Source: a virus (Duplodnaviria > Caudoviricetes). Taken from it: a stretch of 64,000 nt of DNA. Positions within the stretch are counted from its first letter, which is position 1; each line of letters begins with the position of its first letter. The position numbers and the translations under genes are program-made. Shown piece after piece: positions 8,397-17,064 of the stretch. Below the pieces are notes generated by a model. The model searched no databases, was not told the DNA's origin, and saw nothing but the letters and a program-made list of their open reading frames with translations. The DNA lies in the IMG/VR virus record IMGVR_UViG_3300019889_000014, positions 23 to 64,022 of that record; one strand, given 5' to 3'.

Positions 8397-9043
8397 GAAA
8401 ATTCGCGCTGGAGGACGAGGCCGATGTACCTCATCCCCGCCCCGCTCTTGCCGACGGCCTGCCATCGCCGCTCCACCGTTGCATGCATCCGCCGGGTCAG
8501 GCCGGCGATGCACCGGTTGATGATCTCGTCCGAGCTGCGGGCAACGCCGGTCGCATGCGGGTGCATGCCGGCCAGGTGCGCCATCACCGTTGGCAGCCCG
8601 CGCAGCCGCATGTCGAGGCCGGACCCCTCGGTCAGCACCAGGCCGAGCCGTTCGCCCGGCAGCAAGGGCCGGCGCGCCGCCAGGATCATGCATTGCTCCC
8701 AGGGGGAGCCGTAGGCGTCGAAGTCGAAAATGGTGAACGGCGCCAGGTCGATCGAGCGCAGGACGCGCAGGTTGTCGGCGACGAAGGCAAGCCGGTCGTC
8801 CCGGTAGAACTGGAGATCGCAGCCGACATAGGAGGCGGCGCCCGCCCAGACGGCGTCATGCATCTCCCCTGCCCCGGCGAAGGCGTCGAAGACGTGGGCC
8901 TTGGCCGAGCCGACCAGGTCGAGCACGTTGGCCCGGATCGAGACCTTGGCGGCGCGCGCTGCTGGTGCGCTGTCGGTCTTCCGATCGCGGCGGCCCCGCT
9001 CGCCGGCCTCATTCGACCAGGTCCGTCGCTTGGCCGCCGTCAC
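8393..9043 (-). CDS. SAM-dependent methyltransferase-like protein (TcmP-like)
   Basis: VFDAFAGAG motif I and FDFDAYGSP motif. Confidence 0.6.
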   Translation of the reverse strand: MTAAKRRTWSNEAGERGRRDRKTDSAPAARAAKVSIRANVLDLVGSAKAHVFDAFAGAGEMHDAVWAGAASYVGCDLQFYRDDRLAFVADNLRVLRSIDLAPFTIFDFDAYGSPWEQCMILAARRPLLPGERLGLVLTEGSGLDMRLRGLPTVMAHLAGMHPHATGVARSSDEIINRCIAGLTRRMHATVERRWQAVGKSGAGMRYIGLVLQREFS

Positions 9044-9609
9044 AGCCCGGCCACCGTGCCGAGTTCGACGGTGATGCCCGGCACCTCGCGCATGACGGTC
9101 TTCAGCCGCTGCAGCGCCTCGGCCTGCGACGCCAGGGGGCCGCGCACCGAAACCCAGAACCGGTCCTGAACCTCGGAGGTCTCAACCTCCACGACCGGGA
9201 TTTCGTCGGCAACGGCGTCGTCGAGGAGCGCCTGGGCCTCCTTGTCGTTGAAGCCGACCGCGAGCCAGTCCATTTCGTTGATCTCGCGCAGCAGATCGGC
9301 GACCCGGTCGCCGTCATGGGTCGACAGGTCGGACAGCCGGTTGTCGGCCAGCATGTAGGCATCGGCCGTCTTCTGGTCGGTGTCCCACAGCACCACGTCG
9401 ATATCGGAGAAGCCGGCGCGCTGGGCCGCCTCCAGGATGCCATGGCCGGCGACGACCATGTGATTGGCCGCGCGCACGAGGATGGGTTTGACCTGGTTGA
9501 AGCGCAGCAGCGCTGCGGTCAGGCGCTGCATCTGCGCCTCGTCGTGCCGGCGCGGGTTGCGTGGGTTGGCCAGCAGAGCCGTGAGCGGGAGCCGCGTGGA
9601 CTTGAGCAT
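9040..9609 (-). CDS. ParB/Srx N-terminal domain protein
   Basis: NPRNPRRH...PILV...VVAGHG.LEAA...LADNR. Confidence 0.85.
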   Translation of the reverse strand: MLKSTRLPLTALLANPRNPRRHDEAQMQRLTAALLRFNQVKPILVRAANHMVVAGHGILEAAQRAGFSDIDVVLWDTDQKTADAYMLADNRLSDLSTHDGDRVADLLREINEMDWLAVGFNDKEAQALLDDAVADEIPVVEVETSEVQDRFWVSVRGPLASQAEALQRLKTVMREVPGITVELGTVAGL

Positions 9610-10241
9610 CACGCCTCGCGGGTGTAGGCGCGCCGCAGGGCGCGATCGAGGGCGACCAGGCCGTGTTGGACGTTGAGCAGCATCGTCAGCTCTTGGCCGG
9701 TCCAGCGGGTCGAGAGCAGAAAGCCGGGAAAGACGCCGAACACGGCGATGTCCCGGATCAGGTTCGGCACGTCCAGCATCTTGAACACCCGCTGCCGGCG
9801 CTCCTGCGTGCCCTGGGCGGCCTCGCCGTAGCCGGAGCGGGTTCCGTCCAGCCGGCAGACCGTCGGGCCTGTGGGGACGCGCAGCACCGCCGCGTAGAGC
9901 CAGGCGTAGTGGCACCCGGCATTGTGCTGGTCGAGGTCGATCAGGCGCCGGCCGAACAGGACGCCGAGGGGATAGGTCGACAGCACCGGGTCGGCGAAGC
10001 CCATCATCACGGCGCGCTTGGCCAGCAGCTGGGGCGAAGGCGACGCCGTCACCGTGGGCTGCACCCGATGGGCGAAGCGCCGCAAGGTCTCATAGGGGAT
10101 CTTGAACCGGCGCTGCACCGAGCGCAGCGAAGCCCCCTCGGCCAGGGCCGCCAGGATCTTGTCGCGTTCGGGATGTCGGTCGAGGCCAGGCGACGGGCCG
10201 GGGCGGGTCGTGGGTTCGGCGAGGGCGAGCGCTGTCGACAT
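9609..10241 (-). CDS. hypothetical protein with N-terminal HTH
   Basis: ILAALAEGASLRSVQRRFKIPYETLRR. Confidence 0.55.
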   Translation of the reverse strand: MSTALALAEPTTRPGPSPGLDRHPERDKILAALAEGASLRSVQRRFKIPYETLRRFAHRVQPTVTASPSPQLLAKRAVMMGFADPVLSTYPLGVLFGRRLIDLDQHNAGCHYAWLYAAVLRVPTGPTVCRLDGTRSGYGEAAQGTQERRQRVFKMLDVPNLIRDIAVFGVFPGFLLSTRWTGQELTMLLNVQHGLVALDRALRRAYTREA

Positions 10242-10278
10242 GGCGTGAATGTACCCAGATTGGAGCCAGTCGGCGATG

Positions 10279-10620
10279 GAGTTACAAAAGCCGGGACGGC
10301 GTAACCCCGGTTGTCACCCCCTCCGTAACCCCGGAGCGGCACCTAATAAATAAATAAAATCAATATATTATATTATATATATATAGATAGGGTTACAGGG
10401 TTACAACGATATGCAGGTGTTTATATATATAGGTCTCGTTATCTCTCACACGGTCACTATATATATACCTCCTCGGAAGCTGTAACCCTGTAACCCCTCC
10501 CCCGGAAATTCCATCTAAGGCATTGATTCGTCTAGCAAAAAAGGCGGTTACAGAAGGGGTGACTTTGGGGTTACAAAACCGGGCCGAAGGCCCTGAAACG
10601 GCCCAAAACAGGGGTCACAG
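10279..10620. other. putative replication origin (AT-rich core with GGGTTAC iterons)
   Basis: About ten GGGTTAC/GTAACCC-like repeats in both orientations around TATATA tracts, immediately downstream of the helicase gene. Confidence 0.75.
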
Positions 10621-12432
10621 CAGGTCGAGCGCGGCGTCCAAATCGAGGTGCGTGCCGCGCACCTGGAGCTTGCCCGAGGCGTCATGCGGCTTCGGAAAGC
10701 GCAGCCCGTTCTTCGACGGTTCGGCGAAGGGCAGCCGCTTCAGCTGGGGCGCCCAGTTGTCCGCCCACGGCGTGTCGCGGAAGATCCGCTTCAAGGCGCT
10801 GTGGTCGTTCGCCACCGTGATCACGTGGCTGTCAGCCAGTCCGGGCTCGGCCCGGATGCCGTTCCGGCGCAGTGTCAGGTCGGCGGACTCGGGCGCGATG
10901 ACCTCGGTTTGCGTCTCCCGCGTGACCCGGCCGTTCACGTCCTCGATCTCGGCCCGGTCGATCCTGGTGTCACGGGTGATGCCGGCGGCGATCATCGCCA
11001 GTTCGGCGATGCTGCGGGTGACGTGGCGAAGGTCGCTGGTCTCGACCGTGATCAGCGCCTGCAGCAGGTAGCGCAGGCAACTCTCCTCGTCCCGGTTGTT
11101 CAGCGCCTCCTCGATCTCGGACCATTCCTGCTGCTCGACGAACTGCTTGGCGGTTGCCGGCGTGATGGCCTCGTCGCTGTTCAGCGAATAGGCGCCGGCC
11201 AGGAGGGTGCCGATCTGGTCGCCGAGGCGGCGCTGGCCGAGGTGGACCGTGATGGCGTCGGCGAAAATCGCGGCGTTGGCGCGGATCACCGGGATCATCT
11301 TGACGGATCGGGCCAGGAAGGCGTCGCAGAACGCCGGGGTCAGCAGCGCGTCCATGTCGACGCTGAGCGCGTCCCATTGGCTGCTCGAGCTGCGCCGCTC
11401 GTCCTCGGTGAGGTTCGGTGCCGGCGTCAGCGTGAGGAAGCTGATCCGGCCGCGATCGGCCGCCGCCTTGATGCCGGGATTGATGCTGACCAGGGCGAAG
11501 CAGCTGCGGAGCGTGAACATGCGGGCGATGCCGCCGGTCGAACCCTTCAGCAGCACGCCGGAATCGGACGATGAGGACCGCATCATCTCCAGGATCAATT
11601 GGATGCGCTCCTGGGCGCCCTTGTCGTTGCTCTCGGCCTCGTCGAACAGGATCGGCAAGGCATCGTTGCGCATCTTCTGGCGCAGGCCAGGTTCGGTCGT
11701 CGCGCCCTGGACGTGGACGGCGCTCTGCCCCATCAGCGGCAGCATGAAGCGCATGGCGACCGTCGTCTTGCCGGTGCCGGAACCGCCGGTAACCCAGACG
11801 TGTGGCCGCCAGGCCAGCGCGCCGCAAATCGGGGCAATGGCGCAGAAGCCGGCCAGGAGATAGGCCGAGACCGGCTTCGCCCAGCGCAGGCGCCGCGCCA
11901 GCTTGATGACCTCGCGCGCCTGGGTGACGGGCATGAAGTTGACCGAGGGCGCCTTGATCGCGGCGCCGGCCTCGTAGAGGTAGTAGCTCTCCGCCAGATC
12001 GGCGAGCGGATGGATCTCGCCGTCGATCACGCATTGGTTGCCGAGATGCAGGATCGTCCGGCCGTGGTCGAACCAGGCGCCCCGCCCCCGCACCCGGTCG
12101 GGGTTGTAGACGCCCTGGCCGCGGCACTGGGCCATGAACTGGCTTGCCGCCGCGTCCCAATCGATCTTGGCGGTGCCCTGAGCGGCGTGGCCGAACTGAC
12201 CATGCCAGAAGGACATCGGTGCCATCGACAGCAGGTTCAGCTTGCTGTGGTTCGACGCGGTCAGCTCGTGAACCTGCTTGGTCGACTCCGAATAGTAGAA
12301 GAACACGGCATGGTCATAGCCCAGCGGCCGGACCCGGCGCAGGGAGTTGATGTCGATGACCTTGGCGGAATTCGCGTCCTGCGCTGCGGCCTGGGTTGAT
12401 GCGTCGGGCCCTTTGCGCGGCGTGCGTGCCAT
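10615..12432 (-). CDS. P-loop replicative helicase (primase-helicase type)
   Basis: Walker A GGSGTGKT, Walker B ILFDEAE. Confidence 0.75.
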   Translation of the reverse strand: MARTPRKGPDASTQAAAQDANSAKVIDINSLRRVRPLGYDHAVFFYYSESTKQVHELTASNHSKLNLLSMAPMSFWHGQFGHAAQGTAKIDWDAAASQFMAQCRGQGVYNPDRVRGRGAWFDHGRTILHLGNQCVIDGEIHPLADLAESYYLYEAGAAIKAPSVNFMPVTQAREVIKLARRLRWAKPVSAYLLAGFCAIAPICGALAWRPHVWVTGGSGTGKTTVAMRFMLPLMGQSAVHVQGATTEPGLRQKMRNDALPILFDEAESNDKGAQERIQLILEMMRSSSSDSGVLLKGSTGGIARMFTLRSCFALVSINPGIKAAADRGRISFLTLTPAPNLTEDERRSSSSQWDALSVDMDALLTPAFCDAFLARSVKMIPVIRANAAIFADAITVHLGQRRLGDQIGTLLAGAYSLNSDEAITPATAKQFVEQQEWSEIEEALNNRDEESCLRYLLQALITVETSDLRHVTRSIAELAMIAAGITRDTRIDRAEIEDVNGRVTRETQTEVIAPESADLTLRRNGIRAEPGLADSHVITVANDHSALKRIFRDTPWADNWAPQLKRLPFAEPSKNGLRFPKPHDASGKLQVRGTHLDLDAALDLL

Positions 12433-12449
12433 GGTCGTCTCCCAAAAAA

Positions 12450-13091
12450 TCAGACGCGCGAGGTCGGCCCGTCTCTGGCCTGGTCACGCCGTGAAACTCG
12501 ACCGGAAATTCTACCGGGAGGCGGGACAGCAGGCGTCCCTCTCTCGGGTGGGCGGGTAGCATAGTCTGTACCCAATTTGGGCTCAATGTCGTCGGGGGCC
12601 ACGTAGACGGTCAGGCTCTTGATCAGGGTGGTCCGCCACCAGGGCATCAACGGCACCGCGCCCTCGACGCCCGCGCGTAGGCAGTCCAGCAGCGAGCGGT
12701 AGACGGTCAGCGGCATATTCGTGCGGCAGGCTTCGTCGATGGCCCAGGGGTTGAACCAAGGCGACGCCCCCGACAGGGTGTAGCTCTTGCCGGGCTCGGC
12801 CGTGCGGAACGCCGTCAGGTCGAACAGGTCCGGCGACCAGCACTTCGTGTCGCCCCCGCAGACCGCGAGGATGACCGCCGGGTCGCCGCCCGGCGATGTC
12901 CAGAAGCGGCGCCGCACCGTCTGGATGCGGGCGACGCCGTAATCGATCAGGACCAGGGTTTCGTGAGCGACGCCACGGCGCAGCAGCCAATCCAGGTGGC
13001 GTTCCTTCAGCCGCTCTCGTGCCGCCTGCAGCTCGCGGAGGGCCAGGTCCGCCATCGCCGCCTCGGCGTCATAGGTCGAATCGTTCCGCAA
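12450..13091 (-). CDS. hypothetical replication-module protein
   Basis: Packed between VRR-NUC and helicase genes. Confidence 0.55.
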   Translation of the reverse strand: MRNDSTYDAEAAMADLALRELQAARERLKERHLDWLLRRGVAHETLVLIDYGVARIQTVRRRFWTSPGGDPAVILAVCGGDTKCWSPDLFDLTAFRTAEPGKSYTLSGASPWFNPWAIDEACRTNMPLTVYRSLLDCLRAGVEGAVPLMPWWRTTLIKSLTVYVAPDDIEPKLGTDYATRPPERGTPAVPPPGRISGRVSRRDQARDGPTSRV

Positions 13092-13413
13092 CGTCGTTGT
13101 CCCGTGCGATCAGGTAGAGGCCGCCAACTTCGGTGAAGCGGGCTTGGAACCGCTTCTGCTGAATGCGCTGCTGGCCTCGTTTGGCCTTGGTCTCGATGGA
13201 GAGGGCGCGGCCGATGACGGTGCCGACCATCTCCGGCGTGATCAGCACCGCCTCGACGCCGAGGATGTCGCCGGAGCCGGGGCACCCGAACCGGATGACC
13301 CGTTCCCCGTCCATCGACCGCCCCACGCCGGTGGGGTTGTTCCAGACCATGAGCCGGCGATTGCGGCCGATGCGCAGCAGGAGCTTCGCCTTGACCCTGC
13401 CTTCCGGCGTCAT
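13069..13413 (-). CDS. VRR-NUC domain nuclease
   Basis: G.GDILG...IETKAKRG....QKRF...GG.Y PD-(D/E)xK pattern. Confidence 0.8.
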   Translation of the reverse strand: MTPEGRVKAKLLLRIGRNRRLMVWNNPTGVGRSMDGERVIRFGCPGSGDILGVEAVLITPEMVGTVIGRALSIETKAKRGQQRIQQKRFQARFTEVGGLYLIARDNDVAERFDL

Positions 13414-13426
13414 CGGCCGCGGGCCC

Positions 13427-14245
13427 TCAGACCGAGGACGGCAGCGAGCCGGCCAGCACCGTGATATCGAGCGTCTCGGCGATCTCGCCGACGATGCTGC
13501 CGAAGGCATCGTCCTGGACCCGGTCGGGCCGCACCAGCGCATAGCCGAGGGTCAGGCGCCCCTCATTCAGGCGATAGCGCAGCCGGGCCGTGACCTTGTA
13601 GGTCTCGCTGCCCTCGAACGGCTGCAGGCCGAGGACGAAGGTGTTCGGGATCGCGACCATCCCGGCCCCGGCCCGCGCCGTGTGGTTGTCCTCGAACGTG
13701 AACTGCTGCTCGCCGGTGTCCAGCCGGATGGCCGACTTGAAATTGACGTTGTTCTTGATGTGGAGGGTCTTGGCGATCTCCAGGATGGTGGCACCCTCCG
13801 GCTCGACGATGTCGGGCAGGTTGTCCTCGATGAAGCTGGCGAAATCGGTCTGCCCCATCTGCTGGCCGTTGTACTTGTTCCAGGTCAGCCACGGCTTGGT
13901 CGGCCGCAGATCGAAGGCCGCCCGGTGCTGGTGCCAGCCGGCGATGTCATCGTTGACGCCGTGACCGTCCAGAGCCGCCTCGATCTTGTGGTGCTCGATG
14001 TCGCCGACGACCAGCGAGTCCTCGGTCATATGCCGGCCGACATAGACCGCGAAGCTGGCCGCGTCGTGGAAGGCGAACCTGCCGCGACGCCGCGCCGGAT
14101 GAGCCGCGAAGGGCTCGAAATCGAAAATGTGCTCCTCGGAGCCTGGCGGAATCACCACGGCGACGCCACGACCATTGGGCAGATTGGTGCGCGCCGCGAT
14201 GGCCTGGCCGGCGTCGATCGCGTCCTTGATGTCGTTCTCGCTCAT
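13427..14245 (-). CDS. DUF2303 (YfdQ-like) protein
   Basis: W......QTDFASFIEDN, PFEG, ARLRYR motifs. Confidence 0.85.
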   Translation of the reverse strand: MSENDIKDAIDAGQAIAARTNLPNGRGVAVVIPPGSEEHIFDFEPFAAHPARRRGRFAFHDAASFAVYVGRHMTEDSLVVGDIEHHKIEAALDGHGVNDDIAGWHQHRAAFDLRPTKPWLTWNKYNGQQMGQTDFASFIEDNLPDIVEPEGATILEIAKTLHIKNNVNFKSAIRLDTGEQQFTFEDNHTARAGAGMVAIPNTFVLGLQPFEGSETYKVTARLRYRLNEGRLTLGYALVRPDRVQDDAFGSIVGEIAETLDITVLAGSLPSSV

Positions 14246-14574
14246 TTGGCGGCCTCCTTGGGCTCATTGATGTCCTTGAGCAGCAGTTCCTGCTGGTACG
14301 GGTCTTTGCGGCTCAGGTTGTTGTCGGACGTGACGAAGAAGATCGACGCCGAGCGCTCGCCGGCCGGCGGCTTCATCTTGATCTCGTCCTCGACGATCAC
14401 GGTTCCGGCGGCGACCTTGCCGGCCGGCTTGACCTTGATCCGCAGGACCAGCTCGCCGGCCTTGCCCTGCTCCTCGACCGCAGCGACAAGTTCGTTGAGG
14501 GCATCGGACAACTCGGCATGGGTCTGGCCGTTCCGCTGTTCGGCCAGGAACTGATTGAAAGCCCGTGCGGTCAT
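14242..14574 (-). CDS. conserved phage protein, usual partner of DUF2303
   Basis: LNELVAAVEEQGKAGEL.L.I...IFFVT..NNLSRKDPYQ. Confidence 0.75.
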   Translation of the reverse strand: MTARAFNQFLAEQRNGQTHAELSDALNELVAAVEEQGKAGELVLRIKVKPAGKVAAGTVIVEDEIKMKPPAGERSASIFFVTSDNNLSRKDPYQQELLLKDINEPKEAAK

Positions 14575-14613
14575 CGTCTCCTCCATGTGCAGTGTGGCAA
14601 GGCCGGGACGGCG

Positions 14614-16011
14614 TCAGGCGCCGTACCGGTATCGGGAACGGGCGCGCTGTTTCCCGGCCCAGATGTGCTGCGCCCAGCCCGGCTTGTAGCCGCGGGCGCG
14701 TTCGATCTTCAGAAGGGCAGCCAAGTCCCGCGCACCGGCGAGTTCCCGCTTGCGGGCCGCCTCCTGGGCATCGGGGTCGATCTCGTGCAGGGTTCCGTCG
14801 CCCGCCGTGGGCAGCGCGATCGGCGGGCGGTAGCCGCATTCCGGGCAGGCTTTCAGGCGGCCCTCGAAGATGTGGTAGCACTGGCGGCACTGCTTCACGT
14901 CGATGTCGGCCTCGTCGTCGTTGGCCGTCTTCCGCTGAACCAAGCCGCCTTCAAGGGTCACGTCATCGTCGCGCAGCAGGCCGCCATGCATCTCCCAGGC
15001 GCCGGCATGGTCGAGCATGATGCAGTCGGTCTTGCCGGGGTAAGCCCGCAAGCCGCGACCGCCGGTCTGGACATAGAGGGTGCGCGACTTCGACGGGCGC
15101 CCCTGGATGATGCAGCTGACCGGCGGGAGATCGGTGCCTTCGATCAGGATGCCGACGTTCCACACCACCAGCGGGTCGCCGGCCTTGAGCCGTCCCAGGA
15201 CGATCTTGCGCTGGTCCAGCGGCGTGCTGGCGTCGATGTGGATGGCCTCGATCCCGGCCTCGCAAAAAGCGGCAGCGCAATTTTGCGAGTGGCCGATGTT
15301 GACGGCGAAGCCGATGCTGGGCCGCCCGGCGGCGTGCTTGCGCCAGTGCGTGACCATGTCGCCGATCAGGTCGGCGCGGTTGCAGCGGGCGGCAAGCTCG
15401 TCCTCGACATAGTCGCCGTGGCGGGTGTGGACGCCGGACAGGTCGGGCGAAGACGGCGCGAAGATCCGGGGCCGCACCAGCCAGCCACGTTCGATCAGGT
15501 CGCTGATGCGGGCCATCCGGACCAGGACATCGAACATGTCGGCGAGGCCGCGACCGTCGCCGCGATAGGGCGTGGCCGTGGTGCCGAGCACCCAGGCGTT
15601 GGGATAGGTTTCGACCAGCCGGACATAGCCGGCGCCGAGGGCCCGGTGCGCTTCGTCGATGACGATGAAGTCGAACGGCTGCTCGCCGGCACCGCGCCAG
15701 CGCCAGGTGTCGAGCGACGTGACCTGGACCGCCGCCTCCGGCCGCCAGCGCGGATGCCGGGCCATGATGACGCCGTGGTCGATGCCGTAGTCGTCGAGCC
15801 GTTCGCTGGCCTGGTCGATCAGCTCCCGGCGATGGGCGACGACCATGGACCGCCGCTTCCGCAGCAGGGCGCTCAGGATGATGTAGCAGAAGGCCGTCGT
15901 CTTGCCGGCGCCGGTCGGGGCCGCCAGCAGCACCCGGCGATGCCCGGCGGCATAGGCTGCGCGGGTCTTGGCGATGCCCTCATCCTGATAGTCGCGCAGC
16001 TCGGGCAACAT
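14614..16011 (-). CDS. SF2 DEAD/DEAH helicase with C-terminal Zn ribbon
   Basis: LRDYQ, PTGAGKT, DEAH, TAT, QTGGRGLR, CxxC..CxxC. Confidence 0.9.
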   Translation of the reverse strand: MLPELRDYQDEGIAKTRAAYAAGHRRVLLAAPTGAGKTTAFCYIILSALLRKRRSMVVAHRRELIDQASERLDDYGIDHGVIMARHPRWRPEAAVQVTSLDTWRWRGAGEQPFDFIVIDEAHRALGAGYVRLVETYPNAWVLGTTATPYRGDGRGLADMFDVLVRMARISDLIERGWLVRPRIFAPSSPDLSGVHTRHGDYVEDELAARCNRADLIGDMVTHWRKHAAGRPSIGFAVNIGHSQNCAAAFCEAGIEAIHIDASTPLDQRKIVLGRLKAGDPLVVWNVGILIEGTDLPPVSCIIQGRPSKSRTLYVQTGGRGLRAYPGKTDCIMLDHAGAWEMHGGLLRDDDVTLEGGLVQRKTANDDEADIDVKQCRQCYHIFEGRLKACPECGYRPPIALPTAGDGTLHEIDPDAQEAARKRELAGARDLAALLKIERARGYKPGWAQHIWAGKQRARSRYRYGA

Positions 16012-16220
16012 CAGGCCGCATCCTGCCGGGCCGTATAGAAGTCATTGGCGGTGACCGCCCCGTCGGTCAGGTCGATGATCCTGGCCATGTATCCCGGCGC
16101 CGGGATTCGCTCCCCGCGCAGCCAGCGGTAGACCGTCGTCCGGCGGGATGCCCCGACCTCTCGGCGGAAGCGCTCGACGGAGATTCCGTGCTGGTCGAGG
16201 TAAACCTTCAGGGGGTGCAT
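16011..16220 (-). CDS. Cro-like HTH regulator
   Basis: Short HTH (TVYRWLRGERIP...TDGAVTANDF) divergent from cI-like gene. Confidence 0.8.
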   Translation of the reverse strand: MHPLKVYLDQHGISVERFRREVGASRRTTVYRWLRGERIPAPGYMARIIDLTDGAVTANDFYTARQDAA

Positions 16221-16351
16221 GACCGCAGAATGTATCCAAAACGGGTTCATTCGCAAGTCTGCTGATCGCTAAGGCGGCCCCAAGATTGGCCCTTTTGCAA
16301 AGCGGCCGTTTTGGGCACAATGCAAATAGATAAAATTGAATGGAACTGCAC

Positions 16352-16969
16352 ATGGAAAACCGTATCAAAGAGTGGCGCAAGAACCGTGGCCTGACCGCCG
16401 AACAGCTCGCAACCATGCTCGGCACCGGCCGGTCAACCATCGTGAAGCTGGAAAATGGCCAACGCCGATTCACCACCACATGGATGGAGCGGATCGCGAA
16501 GGAGTTGAAACTCACCCCGGCACAGTTATTATCATCTGATGCACTGAATCCCGTCGACCAGAGGATGGTATCCGCCCCCCTCATCGACTGGTCTTGTGCC
16601 TGGGAGTATGCCGGAACCGTGCCCAAACAACACCCTGCCGGCGCGTGGGAGAAGGCTGAGTTTGTGCCTTATCCACGGGACACGGTGATTGCGCTGGCGA
16701 TAGCCGGCGACGACATGGACCGAATTGCTCCCAAAGGCTCGACCATCATAGTCGACTATGCGGACAAGACTCTCCGTGACGGCGGCTGTTACCTGTTCGC
16801 TGTCGGGAACGAAGTCCGGTTCCGGCGGTATCGCGACTCGGGTGGTCCGCCGCGCTTCGAACCGGCGTCCACCAATGCCGAGCACCAGATTTTCTACCCG
16901 GAAAAGGCACAATCTCTGGCGATTGTCGGTCGGGTGGTGAAGGTCACCATCGATCTCGAACCTCTATGA
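16352..16969 (+). CDS. CI/LexA-like repressor (XRE HTH + degenerate S24 domain)
   Basis: RIKEWRKNRGLTAEQLA..KLENG HTH; GDDM..PKGSTIIVD S24-like region; alternative start 16340. Confidence 0.8.
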   Translation: MENRIKEWRKNRGLTAEQLATMLGTGRSTIVKLENGQRRFTTTWMERIAKELKLTPAQLLSSDALNPVDQRMVSAPLIDWSCAWEYAGTVPKQHPAGAWEKAEFVPYPRDTVIALAIAGDDMDRIAPKGSTIIVDYADKTLRDGGCYLFAVGNEVRFRRYRDSGGPPRFEPASTNAEHQIFYPEKAQSLAIVGRVVKVTIDLEPL

Positions 16970-17005
16970 CGGGATCGTGACGGATCTAAAAGGGGCTCAG
17001 ACCGG

Positions 17006-17035
17006 TTGACGGCTTGTGTCCGTTCTGGGTACAGT
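17006..17035 (+). promoter_or_regulatory. sigma70-like promoter with embedded 19-bp operator
   Basis: TTGACG-18-TACAGT; TGTGTCCGTTCTGGGTACA 17015-17033. Confidence 0.55.
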
Positions 17036-17064
17036 TTCGTCCTCATCTCACGGAGGGCGGACGG

